DNA from: Octopus bimaculoides
Lineage: Eukaryota
Reading direction: 5' to 3'
Length of the DNA: 32,959 bases
NCBI RefSeq assembly: GCF_001194135.2
Contig: NC_068982.1
Coordinates: 67,752,922 to 67,785,880 of the forward strand
Shown: positions 22,575 to 32,959 of the stretch, in pieces
Layout: every line of letters begins with the position of its first letter
How positions within the stretch are numbered: position 1 is the stretch's first letter
The notes under the pieces: model-generated
The model's database searches: none
Seen by the model: the letters and a program-made list of their open reading frames with translations, nothing else
Told to the model about the DNA's origin: nothing
Translations under genes and position numbers: made by a program

Positions 22575-22801
22575 CTTGTTTGCTTTTCTTTTCTCTCTGA
22601 CAGAGTAATCGTTGCGTCTATGTATTTCACAATTCAAATTAAATTTGATACCGTTCACTTGCACTTTATCGTAAAATACAGAAAATTAAAGTTAATAATC
22701 AAGTGAGTGTTATGTACTAGAAAGAGAAAATCAAATTTTGAGCAGTGTGTTGTTACCTAGATCAGATTTAAGTACCTTGGGAAAATATTAGCACGATGGT
22801 A
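22575..22801. repeat. Degenerate dispersed repeat, homologous to 20185-20425
   Basis: Same collinear anchors as 20185-20425; ends CACGATGGTA. Confidence 0.65.
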
Positions 22802-23103
22802 CCTCATATTGTAGGATAAAAAAAACCACACAAACCTTCGAGGGCAATCATATTGCACACTTGGACACTGGAAGGCCTGTCGCTGCGAAAGAGCCTCCGG
22901 AAAAAATTCTCCTCACAGACAATATGTGTAAAACACGCTGGGCTATGAATGACGTCATCGAATCGTAGGATTAATGTGTCTGCGTCTTGCGTTTCATCAG
23001 CTACGAATACCAGATTCATCTTTCAGACTTATGCCCGCCATGAATTATTTCTTTTAGCTCATTCTTTTTGATTATATATATATTTACACACAGAGATAGA
23101 AAG

Positions 23104-23116
23104 AGATAGATAGATG

Positions 23117-23172
<56 letters not shown>
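23104..23172 (+). repeat. (AGAT)n microsatellite
   Basis: Direct reading. Confidence 0.98.
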
Positions 23173-24180
23173 TACATATATGCACGCGCACAATTTTCCA
23201 GAAGCAGCGCTTGCGTCTTCAATATTATTGATTTAGTTTCGTAACTGCTAATTTATGCAGTCGGACGTTTTTACGTTGCAGAAACTTCTATTTACTTATA
23301 AGTAAATTTACAATCATCTTGCATAACTGAACGGAGGACTAAAGCCTTGGTTCAGCTACACAGACATGCGCACATATAAAGCCAACTTCCGTTCTGAGCC
23401 TATTTTCTTTTACCAATCGTTTCGTTCCACCCCTTATATCACTCTCAAGCATGGCATCTTTTCTCTTGTATAGCCTTCTTTTCTCTTACATATTATATGA
23501 TCGATCCACTTTAATGCGACAGCTAATTAGAAAGTATGAGCGACGATGTCTGTATGATAAGCCAAGTGTTTCTGAAGAAGAAATGAAGGTACAGCTTAAC
23601 GTTGAAAGGAAGAAGAAAAAAAAGAAACATTGTTTATTCTTTTACTTTCTTTCAACGCTAACTTCATATATTACACACTTTGTATTTCCGTTGTACGTTT
23701 CTCTGTTCTGTTCCTAAGATGCGTCCTTGAAAGATCATATGTGGAAGTGACTTACCTACCAGCGGTTAGATACATAGATGGCTATTTTAATTGAATACTA
23801 CTTCAGTTGCGTTTACAATATTTTTATTTAGTCGCACGACTATTCGCAACGCCGGTGAATATTTTATTCACTGTTTCCTACATCATAGGCGACGAATACT
23901 CGTCCAAGCATGTAGCTAGCTGCAAGTGCACTTCATTGAGAGGTCTAATAAAGACTGAAATGCATCTGATATTCTCGTTGGTCGCTGGTAGGGCAATTTT
24001 AAAGTTTTATTCTATATTTATTGTGCCTTCAACATAGCATGTGCATAAGAGGTATTTTCTCAAAACGAATACTGTAGTAGCTGGCTTTTCACGTATATTT
24101 ATATGCATTGAGTATGATGCATAGATTGTTATTTTAATTTAATACTACCCCAAATGTGAATATATATATATATAATGGCA

Positions 24181-24198
24181 GAGGGAGAGAGCGAGAGG

Positions 24199-24242
<44 letters not shown>

Positions 24243-24252
24243 GAGAGAGAGA
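24181..24252 (+). repeat. (AG)n-rich microsatellite
   Basis: Direct reading. Confidence 0.97.
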
Positions 24253-25399
24253 AATATAGGTAGGTAAATAAACAGGATTGGCATATAAATAAAAGAGACC
24301 ACTCGAGAAATGGCTTGGTGCTTAAATATTGTACTGGTCTGTGACTTAAAACTACAGTACTAAAATTTTCACAAACATAAAATCATATCTAGTCTTTCAG
24401 ACATTGTCACTCTAAGTGGTGAAGTAGCCAGGAGTTCTAAAGAAGAGTGACTGTCATTGAATGATGCATAAAGTTCGTGTTTATTATTTTATTCATTCAC
24501 TTGAAGGAACACCTCTTGGCGGCTTATAAACTGTGTTGCGGCTGTTGACGCATCATTATGAGTAGTTTCCCTCTCTAAATTCCAGTCGAATTACAAGAAA
24601 GTTTCAGGAAAACTTATTAGAGAATGACATCAGCTAATGGTTTCAAATTAGCTCAGAGTTATTTCCAATCATGACTAGTATGAAATTTCAGATTTCTCAT
24701 TAAGTGATGTAGCTAAATATTATTGTATTATTTCTTAAAGTGACAAGGGAATAACAGTGACAAGACCATAAAATAACGAAATGAATATGAAAGGAAAGCT
24801 AAAATAGTTGAAATATAGTTGAACTGAAAACATCTAGAAAATATTTGAATGGAAAAGCTGAAGACAGAGTTCAGAGATGTACAAAAAAAAAAAGAAAAAC
24901 AAATGCAGATCGCATCAAATAATATAGATTGATGAAACTGAATGCATTTGAGAAAATTCGAAACAAGAGACGTCAGATTTATATATGAAATTAGCTTGGC
25001 AAACCTTGTAGCCACGAATGAAAAGAATGTTAGGTAGAAAACGATTGGCTAATCATTTACCATAACATTTTGCATAAATGTTGCACAAGCAGTCTCAACC
25101 AATTCCCCTCACACCATTCTGACACATCTATTATTATCACTAGAGCAAACAGTGGCTTAGTTGTACGCCAGACATTGAAATAAGTACAAATATTTAATTA
25201 TCCAATTATTAGTATGATAAATGTAGTTAATTTGTTTGATCAGCTTTATTGATTTTTTGGTGATTTCTCGATGGGATTTAATGAATTTCTTGCTTTTCCA
25301 AAATTATAGTTACAATAGATAAAATGGTGTCGGATTTATCTCTTGTAACAATTCGTTTATTAAATCTTCCTTCCTTTAGAAACTTTTGGTAAAAATTTA

Positions 25400-26250
25400 T
25401 ACTGTTAATCCGTTTGACCCTCTGCGACACATATTTGAACGATTATGGTGTACGTACGGTTTAACTATTTCACTTAAACAATTCCTTATTGCTTTTGTTC
25501 TAACGATATACAGACCTCCGTTGATGATATTGCCACTCTCTAGCTATACCCCTGCACACCTTGATAATCCATTTGCAGCTAAACAATTCACGGTGGACTA
25601 TTACTTATTCCTCATAAAGTGGTTTTATAAACATTTTCTCATAGTGATATCACAGCTGAATCTCCTTTCTCCTTCAAACGCATGAATACATAATCGAAAC
25701 TCATGTCAAAGAAACATTCTTGCACATGAACAACGCAATGAAAGTCACAAAAATCAGTGCAACTACTGTACCTCACGATACATAACGATCTCTCATGGTG
25801 ATATCACACATATATTACATTATATATGTTTCAAAACACCAAGACTTTCTCTTCAGAGTCAGAAAATAATTCAGCATTGATCAATTATTCATCTTCAATT
25901 AAGCTTGAATGCAACTCACAGTAATGATTATATTCTGGAGCCCTTTTACTGTTTCATACATGGAAATATCCTACTACCAAAAAGCAGAGGGACATCTGAT
26001 TCATTAACAAATATTTACTCATCGACGCAAAAGCTGTTAACAAAGGTCACACTATTTCTTCTCTTTATTGTTTCTTCGACGGCTATAATAGTACGCTGTA
26101 CAGTAACACCACCCATTATGTATACATAAATAGTACGTCCCCAATCTAACTGAGATGCCCTAAACTTAATTCCTCTCATCATTCACACATTGATCAGCTC
26201 CTTTATTGTTTTTACTGATTAAATCCCTCTAAAATGTTTTCTTAAAATTT
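25400..26250 (-). mobile_element. Probable highly decayed piggyBac-type transposase fossil
   Basis: Minus-strand motifs occur in the correct order: FCVDE-stop-I (VDEQI; D at 26001-26003), RMFFDMSF...LKEKGDSAVISL-stop-EN (FFDNWF...LKEKG.AVGT+R.N; D at 25705-25707), KW, R-stop-NKSNKE, EIVKPY, and a GGVD-like remnant near 25410. Many stops and indels; no TIRs found. Confidence 0.55.
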
Positions 26251-27379
26251 TTTCATACGGACATCAACGCACAGAATTTCAAATGAACATCAGCGGCATC
26301 GACCTGACTATCATAGAAATACATGCAACGGTAAAGGGTTCCTGCTGTTCTTTAGTAACTGACAGTTGACTAATATCAAAACTTTCCACATAAGTTGGTT
26401 TTTCGGGAGATTAAATCGTATAATTTTCTTCCTTTTTAATAGAGAGACAATCGTTTTTATCAAAAACTTTCTAAAGGAGGGAAGATGTAGCAAAAGAAAA
26501 CCTTGTAATTATACGTGGAGTAATGTTGTGATTTTGTATTTTTTTTAAAAAAGCAGTCAACCAATTTAAATGGAAGGTACTAAACGATTTGTTGACTTCT
26601 CTTTCTTGAGTGGTTTGTCCTAAAAATTTTGTTTGCATTGAATATTTTATTATTGATTTCATTTATTCTATAAAGTTGAAAAGAAAATCATGATTAACTT
26701 TTGGCAATTATCGATTTTATATTTTTACGAGACTGTTTATGATTTAGAAGAATAGTCTAATAGAAGATTTGATATTTTCGTTGTGCATCAAACTGAACTG
26801 CAAAGGACCATTAGTTATCTGCTTTGTGATAATGTTAAACGGTTGAATGGCTATCGTTAGAAATGCAATGTTAATTAGCAGCTCATGTGAACCGTTGATA
26901 TATTAACATCAAATGCGTGAAGGATATTTAATCATTCGTATTTATTCGCTCTCAAAAAGTTTCTTTCAGTATCTTCACTTTCAGCTCGATGTGTATCGAA
27001 ACAAACTCTCACAGACACACACAAATAAAGAAATATAAAATACACACACACACATATACATTTACATACATATATAGACACCTATCCCCTCACATATATA
27101 CACATATATGCATATACAGACATACACAGTTTATTTTATCTTAACTGTGATTTACGCCAATGACTAAACCAGGATCATTGTTACAAAATTAGAGTGGCTC
27201 AACTATAAGAGGTTTAACAATCTGTCACTTTCTTAATCTAAATTTTCACATTAACCTTTTTACACGTACTCGCACATACATATCCGTGTAAATGCCCATG
27301 CATGAAATGTGTGTCTATGTAAATCTATGCATAATTATAAATGCATATATGTGTACATGCACAAATACATATAAATATA

Positions 27380-27483
27380 TATGAGTGTGTATGTATGTAT
27401 GCATGTATGTATGTATGCATGAATGTATGTACGCATGTATGTATGTATGTATGTATGTATGTATGTATATTCGTATGTATGTA
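27380..27483 (+). repeat. (TATG)n microsatellite, imperfect
   Basis: Direct reading. Confidence 0.95.
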
Positions 27484-27569
27484 TAGCGAGGAATATTCGT
27501 TTCTGTGACTACTAAATTTATCAGGCCGTGTCAAAAAGTCAATATTCTCTGAAACCAGTGAATACATGA

Positions 27570-29661
27570 CAGTCTGTTACAGGGAAGTGGCTATAAGAGC
27601 AACCGTGGCTGATGAATATTGACCATTTAATCTACTTTAGCTATTGCTCAGTTATCCTGATAACCTTACGGAAAATTTCAAGCATCAAGCTCTTCAGGTA
27701 TATGTATTCCAGCATTGAAATTGAGCATACAGAAGAAATCCGCAATGAATCCCTCATTGGCAAACTCACAGACATATAAATGAGCAAGGATTTTAAAATA
27801 CAACTTCCCTCAACCTAACTACAGTGAAGTCAATAATCTAGTAAAAGAAATTTTAGAAGAGACATCATAATGTTGTCACATTGATAATATATGTCAATAA
27901 CAATGAAGTCAAACTTATTGGAAATTAGAAGGCAGTCTATTTTGCTATTTGTAGAGATTTTACAACAGAAAGCTGCTCATAGTGGAATTGGAAAGACATT
28001 CCCGATCGATCGGTCTATTGTTTGCCAACGTACATCAACATTAACGGCATAACTATTGTAGTTGTATCATTCTACACTCATGCTTCACGTGGACATGGAC
28101 ACAAAAGACACATCCGTTTGCATTATTGTCACAAATACAGGAACTGGACAAGTTCTTAGAAAATGCAAACTACTTGTCTGGGATGAATACGAAGTGGCAC
28201 ACAAGAGAGTTTGGCGGCCCTTGACAGGATATTGCAGAGCTTACGCATATCTTACTATAGCTCCCCAAAGAAACTAAAGCTTGATGAAAATCATGTTCGT
28301 CTTAAATCATTATCGCTTTGGACCAAAGTTATAATCTTCAAATTGTCTACAATTATGAGTCAATCTTTTTCGAGATGAGCTATCTGATTATTTTTTGAGA
28401 TCAGCTCTCAGGTCATTCTGCCGAAAAATTTGTCTCAAGCTGGAGAAAGACGATCTCCTCGCATCAGTTATGGCATCATGTTCAGTGATTAACACAGCAG
28501 ATGAATTAATATCGAACTTGATCTCCAGCCAACAACATCGTTAACACGAAGGGGCAGCTCAAAAACAAACTGTTTCGATGAGCAGCATGAAACTTCCAAG
28601 AAATGTTGATATTTCAGGAAGAAATAGTTGATTATCCTGCAGAATTTAAGAAATTCATTAGAACCTTCAGGTCTCCTTCCTTAGAGGTTACATGCTTTTC
28701 AAAAAGAATTCTCTTCTATGTTACTGCAAAATTTAAATCAGCAGCAGTTGTCCAATAGTACAAGGAAAATGGTTAAGAAGATTATACCATATTTGATGGA
28801 AACAAAAAATTCACTGAGTAGACTAAAAAAGAAAACATAATTATATTTAAAATTTCATACATACCAAAACGTGTGCCTTTTTGAGCTAAATAGACTTCAG
28901 TTTTCAAGTCATCTACGTTTCGTCAAATCAATGAAGGAATACCAAGGACAAGCATCGACAATTGCTGGACTGCATCTTGATCAATTCTGTCGAGCCCATG
29001 ATCAATTTTATGTAATATTTTCAAGAGATAGAAGCCCCCATAATCTCCCTGTTTATGCTTCTGTTGGTAAAAAAAAAATACCATATTCAGAATTCTCCAA
29101 ACAATGATGGGTACAGATCTAATATTCTACACTCAGAGACATATCACAAATTTTAGTATAATTTATTCATTATTTCATGCATTGCTCTTTTAGTATTTGC
29201 AGGTGAGGGTTTCTTCTTTTGCACTACGGTTTCCACGCATTATAAGTATAATTTTGTTTCCAACAGTAGTTTACTTTTCAGCATTCCAGCTTTTATTCAT
29301 TTTTCAAATAATTTAAAAATTTAAAGAATACTAAGAATAAAAGATTATCTCCTTTTATCTTCAATAATAGTTTCAAACGAAATAAAATTGTTTTCTTAAT
29401 TTAAAACTGTGCTCTTAATTTTCTTGCATTCAATAAAATTCATTTACACAATTAAATTACGAAGCATACTATTTATATTACTGAGTGTGTATCTGTAGTA
29501 TAGTGCATAAGAGAGCACAGTCGTATTGGTAAACCATTTTATTGCCTACGTAAAAGATAAATTTTCCAAGAAATTAAAAAGTGTTCTATTTAACCAAAAA
29601 TGCTTTCATTAAGAATATTTTTGCTGCCTTTCAATCTAGGCGGTCCTGGGTATTCTGTTAG
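27570..29661 (+). mobile_element. Decayed Helitron: helicase half plus 3' terminus
   Basis: Walker A-like SGIGKTF (27984-28001); VCII...QVLRKCKLLVWDE; ALDRILQSLR; NSLEPSGL; MLLQNLNQQQLSNSTR (MLLRNL...LCNGTR); KEYQGQ..IAGLHLDQFCRAHDQFYVIFSR. The 3' end CTAGGCGGTCCTGGGTATTCTGTTAG|T (to 29661) parallels GCCGGGTATTTCTGCTAG|T at 386. Confidence 0.9.
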
Positions 29662-29683
29662 TATATACATACAAACATCCGTA

Positions 29684-29713
29684 CGTACATACATACATAC
29701 ATACATATATTCA

Positions 29714-29741
<28 letters not shown>
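29684..29741 (+). repeat. (TACA)n microsatellite, imperfect
   Basis: Direct reading. Confidence 0.95.
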
Positions 29742-29744
<3 letters not shown>

Positions 29745-31157
29745 GTGCGCGTGTATGTGTGTTGACGTCAAAAGGATGTCTCACGAGCAGTCTTCAACAT
29801 TTTTAAGCAAAAGAGCTTTTCAACAAGTTATGTTTATAGGTTAATGTTTCTCTCGAGAGCCTCTATTCCCAAAGTATATATATATATATATNNNNNNNNN
29901 NNNNNNNNNNNNNNNNNNNNNNNNNNNNNNNNNNNNNNNNNNNNNNNNNNNNNNNNNNNNNNNNNNNNNNNNNNNNNNNNNNNNNNNNNNNNNNNNNNNA
30001 TATAGGGTAAAAATTAATAATTAATTAATAATCAATAATTTTACCAAGTAGTTCGGTATGTTAAAAAAACCATTATAGGTAAACTTATACAAAAGTTTTA
30101 TAATTATGAGAAAGAACTTCAATATCACAAAAGATACTTGGTATTTATTATACACACACGCATTCACACACACATACATATGCGCACACATGTACACATA
30201 CAAAAAATACATGTATAAATATATATGTGGAGGGGAGAGATGCGCCCGTATGTACATACATATATGTGTGTGTATGTACATGTGTGTGTGGTCGGGGGTG
30301 CGCTTGTAATGATCTGAAAATTGTTATTCACGCAATGTCCCATATATCTCTAAAACAATGTCTTATTTTTAAAAATATTCTTTGTTTCTTTTTGTTTTTT
30401 ACTAATACACCAATATATGTTTGGAAGTCCAAATGCGTGAGGTTGATAGAAGCTTGTAGTGAATCAAGTCAGTAAACCATTTTTGATGTCTAGCTGAAGC
30501 CAAATCTCTTAGCCCTAAAATATACATAACTGCGGTAAAATTCCATTACTATCGTGTAAAATTATTCTAAGTAAGAATATATATTTCATATGATTTTCTT
30601 TTAAGTATATCATTTTTAGTATGTTTTTCAGTTATTTATTTATGACTGTTAATTTTCTCTGAAATGCAGTTTGTGACAAATTATTGCTAAGTTAACCTTG
30701 CTTGAGCAGACACACGAGGAAAGACGTTCCAGTTGTTACTATCTCGGTTTTGATATATTTCGGATTATATTTTCAAAAGTATCTTTGCTTTAAGAATGTA
30801 GGATGTGAGATATAGTTGTCATTTCTTGCAGACCGATATAGGATGCTTTGTTGACATTATCATTTACTTTTTTCATACATGACATAAATGGCCTTTGTAC
30901 TTTAGAGGATGCATAAATTAGAAAGTATGACATTCATATTTTCCAATATTATAAGCAGAGTATGTAGAATGACATTTATATAACCACATATAAAACTGTC
31001 GCAGATTCGACTCATGTGAACCCCACAGTGCTTTTTAAAAGTTTACTTAAAATATAATTCTTACATAAATTAGTCGGCATTGTTTTATTTATGCATAAAA
31101 TATACATTTTGGCACATTATAAGTCCAGTATTTGCAGTGTCTTATTTATATATTTGA

Positions 31158-31373
31158 TAATAATTTCTACTATAAGCACAAAGCCTGAAATTTTGGGGAA
31201 TGGGGAAAGTCGATCTCATCGATTCCAGTACTTGGCTGGTACTTAATTTATTGACTCCGAAAGGATGAAAGACAAAGTCGAGCTCGGCGGAATTTGAACT
31301 CAAGACGTTAAGACGGACCAAATGCTGCTAAGCATTACTCCCGGCGTGCTAACGATTCTGCCCGCTCGTTGCC
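31158..31373 (-). mobile_element. Near full-length SINE (family A)
   Basis: Reverse complement GGCAACGAGCGGGCAGAATCGTTAGCACGCCGGG...GAGTTCAAATTCCGCCGAG.TCGACTTTGTCTTTCATCCTTTCGGAGTCAATAAATTAAGTACC; homologous to 19689-19909. Confidence 0.85.
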
Positions 31374-31544
31374 TTCTTTTTTTATATATTTGATAATATC
31401 ATTGTGTGATATTTGGCTTAGTACGATTAACAGTCTTCATTTATAATGTCTTTCCTCTAATTTGGTCCTTGGAATAAAAGATAGTCTGTTGTTGTCCTCC
31501 TTATGTGTCTTAACTCGAGTTAAATAAAAAAAAAAGATGGAAAT

Positions 31545-31700
31545 TAAGGGTTTCTGATCTGGGCACAAGGCCAACAATGTTGAGGTAGGGATTAGCCGAC
31601 GCGATTAAATCCAGTATTTGTCTAGCACATTATCTTATCAACCCAGAAAGGAAGAAATGAAAAGTTGACTCGAGCAGGAATTGAAGCGATTCTAGCACGC
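31545..31700 (-). mobile_element. 5'-truncated degenerate SINE (family A)
   Basis: GGGCACAAGGCC...CCAGTA...TTATCAACCCAGAAAGGAAGAAATGAAAAGTTGACTC matches the 3' part of family A. Confidence 0.6.
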
Positions 31701-32676
31701 AGTTTTCAGCAAAGGTTTTTAATGTTACAGTTAATACTATAACGAACTTCATATGAAACTATCTAAACCATGTAAATCTTTTATACCATTTTTAAAACCA
31801 TTTTTATGGTTTTAATTAGTTTTCTCAGAGTACAATCGAAGTTCATTAATTTTATTTTTCTAATTAAACACATTCTTAGCGTCAGCAGTGAGCTGATATT
31901 GACAACCGAATTTACAGAAAATAGTAAAAAATATTTAGAAATTAATACCAAGAGTTACAGAGGATATTTATAAACACAGACTAAACAGCTGAAACCTACA
32001 CTTCAATAGCATAATACATTTTGAATTTTAATCGGCTTGCAGGTTGGCAATTATAAAAAAGAAATCATCTCTTTTATATTGAGCTATTTTTAAAGCACAT
32101 ATTTTCTAACGAATCCGATCTTTTGTTATGTACAGATTCCATTAGGGCGAGTTTCGAGGTGAATAGTAAAATTCTAAACGATAATGTTACCTGGGTATCC
32201 TAATCAGATTATTTTCTCTATTCAAGCATTGAATAAAATAATGAAATATATTCATCGTGACAGGAGATGAATGAAATGTTTGGAAACTTCTATTTTCTCA
32301 GATAACAAATTCACTATAAAATAATTTGGGATATGCATTATAAATCTGATATACACTCAGTATTATCAAATTAAGGTTATTGGCTAATAGCTCATACAAA
32401 ATGAAGACAATACAAATCATTGCCTGTCTCACAGACGAGATTGCTAAAAGTAAACACTACCCGAAAATATTGGGTGACTCAGTGACGATATATTATTCCA
32501 CTTTCTTAATACTAATCTTCCACTTTGTAGCAAAAACGGATAATACACATGCAATCGCAATGTATACATTTGACATTCAAATACATATATACGCAGATGC
32601 AAGGAACTCCATCAATAACAGACACACAATTAGCAATTTAGTAGCATACAAAAACTCAGGCACGCTCGCATGTACG

Positions 32677-32687
32677 CACACACACAC

Positions 32688-32747
<60 letters not shown>
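32677..32747 (+). repeat. (CA)n microsatellite
   Basis: Direct reading. Confidence 0.98.
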
Positions 32748-32749
<2 letters not shown>

Positions 32750-32889
32750 TAAAATACTCTTCTCATAGTTCCATAGTTCCTCTTGTTTCTCTTCCGTACA
32801 TAACAAATCTTTGATCTCTTCCAACTTCCTGTATTTCTAACGTGCAAATACTCAGTTAATATGGCTCGAAATAATATATATAAAACAAA

Positions 32890-32892
<3 letters not shown>

Positions 32893-32920
<28 letters not shown>

Positions 32921-32926
32921 CATACA

Positions 32927-32955
<29 letters not shown>
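32893..32955 (+). repeat. (TACA)n microsatellite
   Basis: Direct reading. Confidence 0.98.

Positions 32956-32959
<4 letters not shown>

Noticed and set aside
23451-23717. 88-aa ORF downstream of TATA/CCAAT-like motifs as a small gene
   Set aside because: Low-complexity, A/T-run-driven composition with no recognisable domain; ORFs of this size are expected by chance.

Overview
AT-rich eukaryotic (animal) DNA with six assembly gaps (3224-3590, 6188-6751, 15794-16218, 16859-17278, 21316-21325, 29892-29999). It is dense in microsatellites and old transposable elements. The SINE-like repeats resemble Octopus/cephalopod families; this is from memory, not a database search. No host protein-coding gene can be supported: almost all ORF-track entries are microsatellite or gap translations. 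Recognisable content: two Helitron helicase remnants with hairpin-CTAG-type 3' ends, two R4/Dong-clade LINE remnants, a Penelope-like (GIY-YIG) remnant, a probable piggyBac fossil, the 3' end of an I-group LINE and about ten tRNA-derived SINE copies. Two systems stand out. (1) A non-autonomous foldback DNA transposon (GG...CC ends, 8-bp TSD, ~280-bp TIRs, Merlin-like) carries a telomeric TTAGGG array; a second related copy shows a (CCCTAA)n-(TTAGGG)n palindromic centre. (2) A Penelope terminal repeat contains a minimal hammerhead ribozyme; it also occurs as a short standalone element with a tRNA-type Pol III promoter head and a 5' hairpin, i.e. a candidate Penelope-mobilised ribozyme SINE/retrozyme.
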